Part shown: positions 1 to 10,163 of the stretch, one piece after another
Numbering within the stretch: the stretch's first letter is position 1
Layout: each line of letters begins with the position of its first letter
Origin: Phycisphaerae bacterium
GTDB lineage: Bacteria > Planctomycetota > Phycisphaerae > UBA1845
Direction of reading: 5' to 3'
DNA: 64,000 bases
Assembly: GCA_028289375.1 (NCBI GenBank)
Contig: JANQQK010000086.1
Coordinates: forward strand, 41,679-105,678
Notes under the pieces: generated by a model
Database searches by the model: none
Told to the model about the DNA's origin: nothing
Seen by the model: only the letters and a program-made list of their open reading frames with translations
Translations under genes and position numbers: made by a program

Positions 1-204
1 CCAAAATCCATCTACGGCCGACAGCACCGCATGATCAAACTCATGCAGAAGGGGGCAACCGTGGCTCAAATCTGCAAAGGCCTCAAATGCTCCCGGCGGA
101 CCGTGTTTCGCTATTTTCACGACCTGGCAGCCGCCGGAATCGAGGTCGAATGGGACGGCAACAGCTACAGTGTTGGCAACGGCATTATGCAGCTCGTCCG
201 ATAA
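1..204 (+). CDS. Small helix-turn-helix protein (5' end possibly outside the window)
   Basis: Frame 1 is open from base 1 to TAA at 202-204 (not in the ORF track): ...ATVAQICKGLKCSRRTVFRYFHDLAAAGIEVEW..., resembling the HTH_11/WYL-regulator N-terminal HTH pattern. Confidence 0.6.
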   Translation, partial: PKSIYGRQHRMIKLMQKGATVAQICKGLKCSRRTVFRYFHDLAAAGIEVEWDGNSYSVGNGIMQLVR

Positions 205-327
205 AAACGGCTAGGATTGGCCATGGCAGCCACTCGCTGTCTCTGATTCGCGCCCATTTGGAATATTCCGCCGACCGCCTCGAATGATACCATGTTCACA
301 TTGTGGTCGTGAAAGGAGGGCGTCGAC

Positions 328-702
328 ATGCGCTCGGTCGGATTGGCATACGTGCTCTGGTTCTTTGGCGGCGTCTTCGGCGTTCACCGGTTCTACTGCG
401 AGAGAATCGGCACTGGTGTCCTCTGGTTCTTCACGGGTGGACTCTTCGGCATCGGCTGGCTTGTCGATCTCTTCCTCGTTCCATCGCTGGTCGAAGAAGC
501 CAACGCCAACGCGGCCCGTGAGCTCCGCGCCATCATAGTCTCGGACGACGCCCCATCCATCCCAACGCCCCAGCACGCCCAAACGGCCGAACGCTGCGTC
601 TATTGCACGCAATGCGGCCAACCAATGCGTGTCCCCGCGTCCGCCGGCGGCTCCTCGTTCGCCTGTCCCAGTTGTCGCGCAGTTCTTCGCGTCCCCGCCT
701 GA
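328..702 (+). CDS. TM2-domain membrane protein with C-terminal zinc ribbon
   Basis: AYVLWFFGGVFGVHRFY...GGLFGIGWLVDLF is the TM2 signature; C-terminal CTQC...CPSC; SD AGGAGG upstream. Confidence 0.85.
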   Translation: MRSVGLAYVLWFFGGVFGVHRFYCERIGTGVLWFFTGGLFGIGWLVDLFLVPSLVEEANANAARELRAIIVSDDAPSIPTPQHAQTAERCVYCTQCGQPMRVPASAGGSSFACPSCRAVLRVPA

Positions 703-858
703 TCAGGCCGCGATGCCGGTTTGACGTCGTCTTCACAACAATCCTGCCAAACGAATCGCACAGAATGCACCGCCAATGAATGAGTGTTATTTGTAAACAT
801 CCATTTGGACGCATTCGTCAATTTGCAATTAAGATTGGCTGTTCGTACGATTGGTGCC

Positions 859-1920
859 ATGGCGACAGCTCCAGCAAGCAAGATGACGGTACAATGCGAC
901 TGCGGCGCGAAGCTCAAGGTGCCGACGTCCGCCGAAGGCAAGAAAGCCAAATGCCCGAAGTGCGGCAACGCATTCCGTATTCAGAAGTCTGGGGACGACG
1001 CACCATCCGCCAAGTCAATCAAGACGGCCGCGTCTCCTGGTGACAGTGGCGACATGGGCTCCATTCTGAACGCCCTCGCAACCCAGGCCAACAACGCCCC
1101 CGCCATTGAAACCGAGGAATCTCTCGCACCCCCGGTCCTTTGCATTAAGTGCGGACGCATGGTGCCGTCCAGCTCCGAAGCATGCGTTCACTGCGGCAGC
1201 AATATCCGGCAAACGGGAGCCGCACGATCGTCCATCGCCCGACCAGGACCTGCACACTCGTCTTTCAGCGTAATTGATGCCATGCCACAGTCTCTCGCGT
1301 TCGGCTGTGTGCTCAGTGCACTCGGTGCGTGCCTTGGCGCTGGCATCTGGTTTCTGGTCTGCAAGACCACCGGGTACGAAGTCGGATACATTGCGTGCGC
1401 CGTTGGATTTCTTGCTGGCGGCGGCATGCTGCTTGGCAATCGTCAGGAAGATGATTTGGCAGCCATCATCGCAGCGGGCATGGCCGTTGGTGGAATCGTG
1501 TTGGCACGTATCCTGTTCATCAGCTTCCTTATTGGCGACTTCACCACCGAAGCCCGGAATGACATCGATTACCAGCGCGGGGTCGTGGCTACGGTCATGG
1601 CGTTCGATGCGCTGCAGAACGGCAATCCATCCGATCAGGCCGCGTGGGAATCTGAACTCGACAACGCCTACGAACAAGTCGGCTCGATGCCCGAGAACGA
1701 TGTGCGCAACACGTTCCAGTCTCGCGAATCCGACTTCAAGAACGCTGTCGCGTCCAACAACCTTGTCTCCCGACATGCTGACACGGAAGGCCTCGATCTC
1801 GATGCATTGGGTGAATCAAAATGGGAGTTCCTCAAGGAGACTTTTGATCCACTCGACATCATATTCTTCTTGATTGCAACCGTTGCGGCATTCAAGGTCG
1901 CCGGCATTTCGAAGGCATAG
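859..1920 (+). CDS. Zinc-ribbon-containing membrane protein, function unknown
   Basis: CDCG...CPKCG and CIKCG...CVHCG, followed by several hydrophobic helices; ATG 859 preferred over 784. Confidence 0.7.
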   Translation: MATAPASKMTVQCDCGAKLKVPTSAEGKKAKCPKCGNAFRIQKSGDDAPSAKSIKTAASPGDSGDMGSILNALATQANNAPAIETEESLAPPVLCIKCGRMVPSSSEACVHCGSNIRQTGAARSSIARPGPAHSSFSVIDAMPQSLAFGCVLSALGACLGAGIWFLVCKTTGYEVGYIACAVGFLAGGGMLLGNRQEDDLAAIIAAGMAVGGIVLARILFISFLIGDFTTEARNDIDYQRGVVATVMAFDALQNGNPSDQAAWESELDNAYEQVGSMPENDVRNTFQSRESDFKNAVASNNLVSRHADTEGLDLDALGESKWEFLKETFDPLDIIFFLIATVAAFKVAGISKA

Positions 1921-1926
1921 ACCTGC

Positions 1927-3390
1927 CTAACCCTTGATCACCCCGATTGGCCGCATCCGCGCGACGCGCTTGCTGATGCCGGCCTCATCCACGACGCGCA
2001 CAACATCGTTGACATCCTTGTACGCCTCCGGCTGCTCTTCATCCAAACCGCGTCGACCACGCGCCCGCGCGTAGACACCCCGATCCAGCAACTCCCGATG
2101 AATGGACCGCCCCTTCGCGCTGCGTACCGCAGCGGTACGCGACATCACCCGTCCCGCCCCATGACACGCACTGCCGAACGTATCCGTCATCGAGCCATCC
2201 TGCCCAACCAGCACGTAACTGCTCCGCCCCATATCACCCGGAATCAACACAGGCTGACCAATGCTGCGATACTTGGCAGGTACCTCATCGTGTCCGGGCG
2301 GAAACGCCCGCGTCGCCCCCTTGCGGTGCACACACAAACTGCACGAGCGCCCGCCGACGTCGTACGGCTCCATCTTCGCGATGTTGTGCGCCACGTCGTA
2401 CACCATCCGCATCCCCAGCTCCGGCGGTCGCATGCCGAAAACCTTCTCGAATGACTGCCGCGCCAAGTGTGTCATGATCTGCCGATTGCACCACGCGTAG
2501 TTCGCCGCCGCCCGCATCGCCCCAAGATACCGCTGCCCCTCACGCGAATGCACCGGCGCACACACGAGCTGCCGATCCGGGAGGTCAATTCCATACTTCT
2601 TCGGTACGTTCCGCAGCTCGCGCAGGTAGTCATCACACACCTGATACCCCAACCCGCGCGACCCCGAATGGATCATCACACAAACTTGCCCCAACGCCAG
2701 CCCCATCACGCCAGCCGCCTTCTCATCGAACACGTGATCGACGACCTGCACCTCCATGAAGTGATTGCCCGACCCAAGTGTCCCACACTGCCCTCGGCCA
2801 CGCTCGATCGCCCGATCGGACACCAGATCCGGATCCGCTCCACCCAGACGACCATGCCCCTCAGTCACATCAATGTCGGACGCATACCCGAACCCGCGTT
2901 CGACAACGAAACGCGAACCTTCGGTCATCAGCTTCTTCAAATCACCCCGATCGAACGTGACCTTGCTGCCTTGTCCGACGCCGCATGGTACGTTGGCAAA
3001 CAGCGTGTTGATCAATTCCTCCAGCCGAGGCCGCACGTCCTCTTCGGTCAAGTCGCTGCGGATCAGCCGCACACCGCAGTTGATGTCATAACCCACACCA
3101 CCCGGACTGATCACGCCGCCCTCTTCAGGATTCGTCGCCGCCACACCGCCGATGCAGAACCCATAACCGAAGTGAATGTCCGGCATCGCCAGGCTGTACT
3201 TCACAATCCCCGGCAAACAGGCCACGTTCGCCACCTGCTCCAGCGAATAATCATTTGCCATCAACTCCGCCAGCACATCGTCCGCGTAGATAACCCCATC
3301 CACCAGCATCCCCGGCTTGTGCGACTTGTCGATCTTCCACCGCCAGGCGTCCAGCCGCTCGAGTTGTCCTTCAAACTTCTTGCTACCCAC
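1927..3390 (-). CDS. rtcB: RNA-splicing ligase RtcB
   Basis: Motifs MPDIHFGYGFCIGG, GYDINCGVR, GTLGSGNHF, HSGSRG, HRKGATRA, SACHGAGR. Confidence 0.97.
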   Translation of the reverse strand: MGSKKFEGQLERLDAWRWKIDKSHKPGMLVDGVIYADDVLAELMANDYSLEQVANVACLPGIVKYSLAMPDIHFGYGFCIGGVAATNPEEGGVISPGGVGYDINCGVRLIRSDLTEEDVRPRLEELINTLFANVPCGVGQGSKVTFDRGDLKKLMTEGSRFVVERGFGYASDIDVTEGHGRLGGADPDLVSDRAIERGRGQCGTLGSGNHFMEVQVVDHVFDEKAAGVMGLALGQVCVMIHSGSRGLGYQVCDDYLRELRNVPKKYGIDLPDRQLVCAPVHSREGQRYLGAMRAAANYAWCNRQIMTHLARQSFEKVFGMRPPELGMRMVYDVAHNIAKMEPYDVGGRSCSLCVHRKGATRAFPPGHDEVPAKYRSIGQPVLIPGDMGRSSYVLVGQDGSMTDTFGSACHGAGRVMSRTAAVRSAKGRSIHRELLDRGVYARARGRRGLDEEQPEAYKDVNDVVRVVDEAGISKRVARMRPIGVIKG

Positions 3391-3392
3391 AA

Positions 3393-3833
3393 CTATATAT
3401 CCAACACAATGTCCACTTCGTGTTGCCCGTCATGCTGCACAATCTCAAGATCATGATACGTCACGGCCTTGACCTCGCGATCCAGCATTGACCGCTCGGC
3501 ATCGACCTTGTACGCCACGCCCCGCACAACCAACGCCATCTCCTCCAGCGAAACAATCTCCAGATCGGTGATCCGCTCCTGTCGTGTTTCAAACTGAAAC
3601 AACAACTCCGACAGAAAATCCTGAAGCAGCGCGGCCCGATCCGGCGCATCGAATCGCAGATTCACCCGCTCGGTAACGTCACCCGTCTCAACGCGACCGA
3701 TGGCTGCATACAAGCCTTCCGCCGCCGACAAGAAGAGCCCTTCAATTGTCGAACCCCAGGCATGCAACACCAGGTCGGCTGTGTGATCACGAAGCTCAAA
3801 CCCGGACGACGTTGCATCCATACCCACACTCAC
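3393..3833 (-). CDS. Archease (RtcB activator)
   Basis: DHTADL and EVKAVTYH motifs, C-terminal VLDI; directly upstream of rtcB. Confidence 0.93.
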   Translation of the reverse strand: MSVGMDATSSGFELRDHTADLVLHAWGSTIEGLFLSAAEGLYAAIGRVETGDVTERVNLRFDAPDRAALLQDFLSELLFQFETRQERITDLEIVSLEEMALVVRGVAYKVDAERSMLDREVKAVTYHDLEIVQHDGQHEVDIVLDI

Positions 3834-5095
3834 TCCGCTACCCGACGAATGTCCGCTCCCACGCCAGCCAGCTTCTCTTCAATGCGCTCATATCCGCGAT
3901 CGATGTGATACGCCCGGCTCATCTTCGTCGTTCCCTTTGCGATCAGACCTGCCAATATCAACGCCGCCGACGCGCGCAAGTCCGATGCCATCACCGGTGC
4001 CCCGATCAACCGTTTCACCCCATGCACAATCACCGTCGCCCCTTCCCGACGAATGCTCGCCCCCATCCGGTTCAACTCCGCCACGTGCATGAACCGGTCC
4101 GGGAAGATCTTGTCCGTGATCACACTGTTCCCATCACCGAGACACAGCAACGCCATCACCTGCGCCTGCAAGTCTGTTGGGAACCCAGGATACGGCTGCG
4201 TCGTGATGTCCACCGGATCAAGACGTCGTGACGACGAAATCACCACACCCTTCTCACCGCGCTCCACGTTGACGCCAATCCGTCGCAACCGATCAACCAC
4301 CGCAATCAGATGCTCAAGCCGCGCACCATTCAACGTCAACTCACCATTTGTGATCGCCGCCGCCACCATGAACGTCCCCGCCTCAATCCGATCGGTAATC
4401 ACCGAGTGATCACAACCTTTCAAGGACGCCACGCCATCAATCAGAATCCGCGGCGTGCCATGCCCACCGATCTGCGCACCACACGCATTCAGGAAATCGC
4501 ACAAATCGGCAATCTCCGGTTCACACGCCGCCGACTCAATCACCGTTCGTCCCTCAGCCAACGTCGCCGCCATCAACGCGTTCGCAGTCGCCGTTACGGA
4601 CGATCCGAACGCACCGCCCAGAAACATCTCCGTCCCACGCAGCTTCTTACCGCGCAACATCATGTCACCATTGACCAGATCCGAATCCGCCCCCAACGCC
4701 TCCATCGCCATTACATGTAAATCCACCGGCCTGGAACCAATCGCACAGCCGCCCGGCATCGCAACCTGCGCCCGCTTGCGCTTTGCCAGCAATGGCCCCA
4801 AAACGCAGACACTCGCGCGCATCTTGCTGACCAATTCGTACTCGGCGTGGCAGTTCATCTCGTCTTCGACGCGCAACTTCAGCGATCCATCATCCTCCCA
4901 CGAATACGCAACCCCCAACCGCTGCAACAGTGTCAGCATCGCCTGAATATCGCGAAGACGTGGCACATTGCGCAGCACGACCTCCTCTTCGCAAAGCAAA
5001 CTAGCAGCCAGAATCGGAAGCGCCGCATTCTTCGCGCCACTGATATCCACAGCACCCTTCAGACGATTCCCACCGCTGATCTCGAAATGATCCAC
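3830..5095 (-). CDS. murA: UDP-N-acetylglucosamine 1-carboxyvinyltransferase
   Basis: SGAKNAALP, MRAS, PGGCAIGSRPVDLH (catalytic Cys), YPGFPTDLQ, DLRASA, IDRGYE. Confidence 0.98.
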   Translation of the reverse strand: MDHFEISGGNRLKGAVDISGAKNAALPILAASLLCEEEVVLRNVPRLRDIQAMLTLLQRLGVAYSWEDDGSLKLRVEDEMNCHAEYELVSKMRASVCVLGPLLAKRKRAQVAMPGGCAIGSRPVDLHVMAMEALGADSDLVNGDMMLRGKKLRGTEMFLGGAFGSSVTATANALMAATLAEGRTVIESAACEPEIADLCDFLNACGAQIGGHGTPRILIDGVASLKGCDHSVITDRIEAGTFMVAAAITNGELTLNGARLEHLIAVVDRLRRIGVNVERGEKGVVISSSRRLDPVDITTQPYPGFPTDLQAQVMALLCLGDGNSVITDKIFPDRFMHVAELNRMGASIRREGATVIVHGVKRLIGAPVMASDLRASAALILAGLIAKGTTKMSRAYHIDRGYERIEEKLAGVGADIRRVAE

Positions 5096-5146
5096 AACGC
5101 CGTCCTTCCCGATCGAAATGTTCCGGATTGCTCCGAGCGCAGTGTA

Positions 5147-6046
5147 TCACACTTTGACGAATTGCATCACCCGGTCATGAACTTCACCAGGCCCTTTGAA
5201 CGTGCCGACATGCTCGAACGCGCCCTCGGATGTGAATATCTCCGCCACCGCAGCCGACTGCCCCGCTCCGATCTCCACGATCACGACCCCGGCGTCCGCC
5301 AGCAACCTCAGCGAATCCGTCGCAATCCTGCGATAGAAACTCAGCCCATCCCTCGCCGCGAGCGCTCCACGAGGCTCATAGTCCCGAATCCCCGCCGGCA
5401 AGTCGGCCCAATCGGCATCAGTCACGTATGGCGGATTTGATACCAAGACATGGAACCCGCCATCCGGCACACCAGCGGCGTCGAGAAGCAGGCCATCATG
5501 CTCGGTGATCTCAACCCGGTCCGAGATTTCATGCCGTTCAACGTTGCCCCGCGCCATCGCCGCCGCATCGGCAGACACATCCAAACCAGCACCGCGCACG
5601 TGCGGGCACTGCTTCGCCAAGGCAATCAAAATGCAACCACTGCCCGTTCCGAAATCAAGCACGTGGATCGGCCTGTCCGAAACTTCCGCGCACACCACCA
5701 AAGCCCGATCCACCACCGTTTCGGTATCAGGTCTCGGGATAAGCACGCCCGGACCAACGGTGAATGGCAGCGAATAGAACTCCTTTTCCCCGACCAGATA
5801 CGCAATCGGCTCATGCTTGGCCGCCCGCCGCACGTGATCCCGAAAGACCGCCACCGCTTCAGCAGCCGGCATCTGCTCGAACTGCGTGTACAGGCCGATC
5901 CGCGGGCACCCCATCGCGTGGGCCAGCAGTACCTCCGCCGACAACCGCGGCTCATCCACCTCATGATGGCGAAAATGCTCGGCCGTCCACCCCAGCAAGC
6001 GCCCGACGGTCCATTCCGCTGACTTGGATTCCGTTCCTTCTGACAT
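5147..6046 (-). CDS. prmC: Release factor glutamine methyltransferase
   Basis: EPIAYLVG, VLIPRPDTE, DFGTGSGCI, SNPPY. Confidence 0.95.
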   Translation of the reverse strand: MSEGTESKSAEWTVGRLLGWTAEHFRHHEVDEPRLSAEVLLAHAMGCPRIGLYTQFEQMPAAEAVAVFRDHVRRAAKHEPIAYLVGEKEFYSLPFTVGPGVLIPRPDTETVVDRALVVCAEVSDRPIHVLDFGTGSGCILIALAKQCPHVRGAGLDVSADAAAMARGNVERHEISDRVEITEHDGLLLDAAGVPDGGFHVLVSNPPYVTDADWADLPAGIRDYEPRGALAARDGLSFYRRIATDSLRLLADAGVVIVEIGAGQSAAVAEIFTSEGAFEHVGTFKGPGEVHDRVMQFVKV

Positions 6047-6203
6047 GCCAAGCCCTTATACCGGCCTAACCGACCGCTGCAATCACCAGTACCTTTCATT
6101 GCAAGGCCTTCGCGGACCGAATACACTCCGCGATCCGACGCGATCGTCTTGAGAACGTCAACGCGTCAACAAAAATTGCCACCCGCGTTGGTGGTGGCAC
6201 GAT

Positions 6204-6277
6204 GGTGGGCGTAGCTCAGCTGGAAGAGCACTAGGTTGTGGTCCTAGGGGTCGCGGGTTCAAATCCCGTCGCTCACC
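6204..6277 (+). tRNA. tRNA-His(GTG)
   Basis: Cloverleaf: G-1, acceptor GTGGGCG/CGCTCAC, anticodon arm CTAGG-TTGTGGT-CCTAG, T-loop TTCAAAT, discriminator C; CCA not fully encoded. Confidence 0.96.
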
Positions 6278-6410
6278 CATTCCATTGAACTCAAAGCCAT
6301 ACAAAACATAAGCTTACCGAGATCCAGCACGCAAGCTGATCGCCCAACGCGGTCCACCGTCCTCGTTGATGTCGCAAGCCCATATTGGTGAGTCGGATCG
6401 ACCAATCGTG

Positions 6411-7199
6411 CTACGCCATCGCCCGCCCCGCCCATGCCGCCAGCATGTCTGATACAAAGGCGGCGTCTTCGGGTTTGGAAAGCAGATGATCCGCACTGCC
6501 AAGCGAAACGAAGCTCTTGGGATGCTTGGCCCATCCGAATATCTGGGCTGCATGGTCGATGCCAACGATCGTGTCGACCGGCGAGTGGAATATCATCAAC
6601 GCCCGTCGCAGCGAACCGATCACGTTCCGTGCATCCTGCTCGCGCAAGTCGTCGAGCAACGCCTTGCCCAGCATGAAAGGCCGACCACCGATCGACACCT
6701 CCGCCTGTCCTGTCTCCTCGATCGAAGACGCCGCAGGCCCGATCAGGCGCATCACATGTTCCGGTTCGGCTGGCGCTCCGATCGTGGCCACCGCTTTGCA
6801 CGCTGCGATCTTCGACGCGGAAAACAACACCGCAGCCCCACCTAGCGAGTGTCCGACGAGCAACGCCGGTGCCGACCGATTCTGCCGCAGCCAATCGGCG
6901 GCGGCCAGGAGGTCGCCAACGTTCGATGAAAACGTAGTTTGCGCAAACTCACCTTCACTTTGTCCAAGTCCCGTGAAATCGAATCGCAGCACGCCGATCC
7001 CGCGCTCGGACACTCCCCGCGCGATCCGCGTCGCGGCCAGAATGTCCTTGGAGCAAGTGAAACAATGTGCAAACAGCGCGTACGCCCCCGCACTTCCACC
7101 GTTTGGTTCGTGCAGGCGTGCAGACAAGGTGTGCCCCAACGACCCGACGAACTCAATCTTCTCAGCTTCCACACCAATTCCTTCCTTGAATGCCGCCAT
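6411..7199 (-). CDS. Alpha/beta hydrolase (type often fused to OsmC)
   Basis: AHCFTCSK, RFDFTGLGQSEG, nucleophile GHSLGG, HSPVD, ADHLL. Confidence 0.9.
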   Translation of the reverse strand: MAAFKEGIGVEAEKIEFVGSLGHTLSARLHEPNGGSAGAYALFAHCFTCSKDILAATRIARGVSERGIGVLRFDFTGLGQSEGEFAQTTFSSNVGDLLAAADWLRQNRSAPALLVGHSLGGAAVLFSASKIAACKAVATIGAPAEPEHVMRLIGPAASSIEETGQAEVSIGGRPFMLGKALLDDLREQDARNVIGSLRRALMIFHSPVDTIVGIDHAAQIFGWAKHPKSFVSLGSADHLLSKPEDAAFVSDMLAAWAGRAMA

Positions 7200-7304
7200 T
7201 GGTGCAGCAGCAGTCTCGAAAATCAGTAGCGATTTGAAACCACACCCCTTCGATCGATGATATCATAGTGGCCAGCGGGAGACTCGATGAATTGACGTCA
7301 CGTA

Positions 7305-7760
7305 TTACGCCAACCAAACACTGGCAACGGCGGTGACAACCCCGAGTACGATCACGAAGGCCGCCAACATGTAGTTCGGTGGTTCCTTGGCCAGTGAGCG
7401 TCCATGCTCCGTGGCTTTCAGGGCACGCAAACCCTGCCCGCCGTAGACCGCAGCAGCCAACCCACCGAGACCACCCACCACGAGCGTGATGCTGGTCAAC
7501 TGTCCAAACGCCGTTAAGGCGGCCACAACGGCCGAGGTCAACCCGATGGTTAACCCCAAACGCACCTGATCATTGGCCTGCCGCAGCTCCGTTGCTTCCC
7601 GACGTGCGCGCCGCGATTCCTCGCGCAGCTCGCCCATGGTGGCTTGGAATCCACACTCCGGACACTTGAGCGTCGCTAGACCGCGCAGGTCATATCCGCA
7701 TTCTGGACAACGCGGCGGGCGTTGCTCAGTCCACTCATCGGCGGCGACTGCCCGGATCAT
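7305..7760 (-). CDS. Zinc-ribbon membrane protein
   Basis: CPECGYDLRGLATLKCPECG followed by about 3 hydrophobic helices. Confidence 0.7.
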   Translation of the reverse strand: MIRAVAADEWTEQRPPRCPECGYDLRGLATLKCPECGFQATMGELREESRRARREATELRQANDQVRLGLTIGLTSAVVAALTAFGQLTSITLVVGGLGGLAAAVYGGQGLRALKATEHGRSLAKEPPNYMLAAFVIVLGVVTAVASVWLA

Positions 7761-7763
7761 GCC

Positions 7764-8798
7764 CTATCCCCAGGACCAACTGAAACGATGCTTGAAATGG
7801 TGGTAGTACAGACCGATCATACGCATGGCCACCACCATGCCATAAACACTTGCAACGGACACAAGCACGGAAGCGCCGAATGGGTTCTTGCCGGCCTGAT
7901 GAGAGTGCACGGCATCTGCTGCAAGCGAAGAGCCGATCAATGCCCCACATACAAGTGCGCAAGTGACAAGGTATGGCACTGCCGTCACGAAGATCGTACG
8001 AAGTATCAGTACCGGGTGCATCAACGCACCCAACCCACCCACAGCAGCCATCAGCATGATCATCGGGAACATCAATCCACCGAGGATGACAAACAAGAGC
8101 ACCATCTCATCAGGGTTGTCCAACGTCGGGCCAATCCCTCCCATGATGAGAATGGCGTAGCAGATAAGCGGAAGCATGCATAGCGCAGAAACACCGATGA
8201 ACTTCAGCAACGGGAAGATGATGCCGTCTATCCAGCCATCAAAGAAGTTCATATCGGGAAGATCTTTCTCGCCACCGGCGGCATGCAGAACAATGTTGAA
8301 GTAGTAGGCACACAACCATCCGTTCACGATGATCGAACCGACAAGCCCGAGACATGCCGCAAATGATAGCAACGACTGGACAGCCCCCATGACACACAGG
8401 GTGATGATGTTTGCCAAGTTGCCCGGATTCGTGATCAACAGGCAACTACCGCCGACATCCTTGATGTAAGCAGACCAGTGCTGTGCCATCGAGCCAATCG
8501 CCCCACCGCTCGGAGCACCCCGCATCTCATCCGCTTCTTCGGCCATGGCAGCGCGGCGTTGGGCTTCGGCGCGCTGTCGTTCCTGACGCTCCGCAGCGCG
8601 TGATGCGGCGCTCGATGCTTCGGCAGCCAACGCAGACCATACGCCTGACTCTTCTTCAGTGACCTCCGCCGCAACCTCTGCCGGTTCGACATCTGGCAGT
8701 TGAATCGCGCGTTGACAGTTCTTGCATTTGACACGCTTGCCGGCCAACCGCTCAGGAAAGGTATATTGGGCGCCGCATTGACAGGTCACGATTGACAT
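7764..8798 (-). CDS. Zinc-ribbon + multi-TM (DUF4013-like) membrane protein
   Basis: N-terminal CQCG...CKNC, charged helical linker, about 6 TM helices with a G...LPD loop. Confidence 0.7.
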   Translation of the reverse strand: MSIVTCQCGAQYTFPERLAGKRVKCKNCQRAIQLPDVEPAEVAAEVTEEESGVWSALAAEASSAASRAAERQERQRAEAQRRAAMAEEADEMRGAPSGGAIGSMAQHWSAYIKDVGGSCLLITNPGNLANIITLCVMGAVQSLLSFAACLGLVGSIIVNGWLCAYYFNIVLHAAGGEKDLPDMNFFDGWIDGIIFPLLKFIGVSALCMLPLICYAILIMGGIGPTLDNPDEMVLLFVILGGLMFPMIMLMAAVGGLGALMHPVLILRTIFVTAVPYLVTCALVCGALIGSSLAADAVHSHQAGKNPFGASVLVSVASVYGMVVAMRMIGLYYHHFKHRFSWSWG

Positions 8799-9028
8799 GG
8801 GTTTCTCCGCGTTAAGCCGCGCATCCTAACTCATGGACTACTGCAGCAACGAATATAAACAATGTCTCAATTTGGAACACGCACGTCAGAATGTGTGTAT
8901 TCGCGACGTGCATCAGCCAGAGCAATACCAAACACAAACCTAACATTTAATGTGGTTCGGAATCGTCTGACGATCGCCGAGTGCCAGAGAGACGCTTGGA
9001 GGAATCGCGGCCGCCGTCGCGATCGGCC

Positions 9029-9044
9029 TGTTTCACGTGAAACA
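9029..9044. promoter_or_regulatory. parS centromere-like site
   Basis: Perfect palindrome TGTTTCACGTGAAACA, the canonical parS consensus, upstream of parB. Confidence 0.93.
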
Positions 9045-9127
9045 CATCTGGTTATTGCGAATCTGAGCTTGCGTTCTCGGCAGGCCTGACTAATCTGGGA
9101 GGATCGGCTCGGGTGTCAAATCGCACT

Positions 9128-9143
9128 CGTTTCACGTGAAACA
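9128..9143. promoter_or_regulatory. parS centromere-like site (second copy)
   Basis: CGTTTCACGTGAAACA, 15/16 match, 14 nt before the parB ATG. Confidence 0.9.
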
Positions 9144-9157
9144 ACGCCCTATCAAGG

Positions 9158-10150
9158 ATGACCGCCATGCAGAAGAACGAGAAGATCAAATCCCGGCGTT
9201 TGGGACGTGGATTGCAGGCATTATTATCGGGCGATGAAGAATCGCCAGCAGAATCGACCCAAGCGATACCATCAACAGAATCAGTAGAATCGCCCCCACG
9301 GGAAGCCAGAAGGCCCATGCCCGCCGATGCCCGGCATCGTCTAATCCCGGTCGGAGAGCTTCGACCCAACCCATATCAACCTCGTACAGAGATGGATCAG
9401 GAGTCGATTGATGAATTGGCCAGGTCGATCGGTCAATCCGGCGTGATTCAGCCGATCCTGGTTCGGCTGGTCTCTGACGGTTACGAGATCATTGCCGGGG
9501 AGCGACGTTGGCGGGCATCGAAACGGGCCAAGCTCAAACAGGTTCCAGTCATCGTCCATGATGCCAGTGACGAGCAGATGCTCGAATTGGCCATTGTCGA
9601 GAATATTCACCGGCGAGACCTCAACGCCATCGAGCGTGCCCAAGCCTATCGGCGATACTGCGACGTGTTTGCACTGTCAGCAGAGAAGGTGGCGGAGCGC
9701 CTTGGCGAGAATCGGACGACCGTGATCAACTTCCTGCGCCTTCTCGAGCTTCCCGGCGAGATTCGCGACCTGGTCTCAAACGGACAGCTCAGCGCTGGTC
9801 ATGCACGAGCTATTCTGGGCGTTCCCGGGGAAGGCAAGCGGATCGAGATTGCCAAGAGGGCGATCAACCTGGGCTGGTCGGTCCGAACGATCGAGGACGT
9901 GGTTCGGAAAGCCAAGGAAGAAAAACCAACCCAATCAACCAGCAAGAAGGCCCAGCCGCCCAAGAAGGAGTCGTACCTCAAGTCACTGGAGAACCGGTAT
10001 GCCGAACGATTCAAGTCGAAAGTGGCGATCCAGATGACAGACAAAGATGCCAACATTGGAAGGCTGGTCATCGAGTTCTACAGCCTCGAGGACTTTGAGC
10101 GCATTTCCGAGTTGGCTGGCGTTGATGCCGACCTGTCGGACGATGACTAA
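9158..10150 (+). CDS. parB: Chromosome partitioning protein ParB/Spo0J
   Basis: LGRGLQALL (ParA-interacting peptide), NPYQPR, IIAGERRWRA (CTP-binding motif), ENIHRRDL, HTH, GHARA. Confidence 0.96.
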   Translation: MTAMQKNEKIKSRRLGRGLQALLSGDEESPAESTQAIPSTESVESPPREARRPMPADARHRLIPVGELRPNPYQPRTEMDQESIDELARSIGQSGVIQPILVRLVSDGYEIIAGERRWRASKRAKLKQVPVIVHDASDEQMLELAIVENIHRRDLNAIERAQAYRRYCDVFALSAEKVAERLGENRTTVINFLRLLELPGEIRDLVSNGQLSAGHARAILGVPGEGKRIEIAKRAINLGWSVRTIEDVVRKAKEEKPTQSTSKKAQPPKKESYLKSLENRYAERFKSKVAIQMTDKDANIGRLVIEFYSLEDFERISELAGVDADLSDDD

Positions 10151-10163
10151 TTTGTTGAGCTGA

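Noticed and set aside
1927-3390. Intein in RtcB
   Set aside because: The length (487 aa) and motif spacing are normal, and no intein splice motifs are present.
8799-9157. Calling oriC in the gap before parB
   Set aside because: No convincing TTATCCACA-type DnaA boxes were seen and dnaA is absent; the parS sites and skew only suggest proximity.
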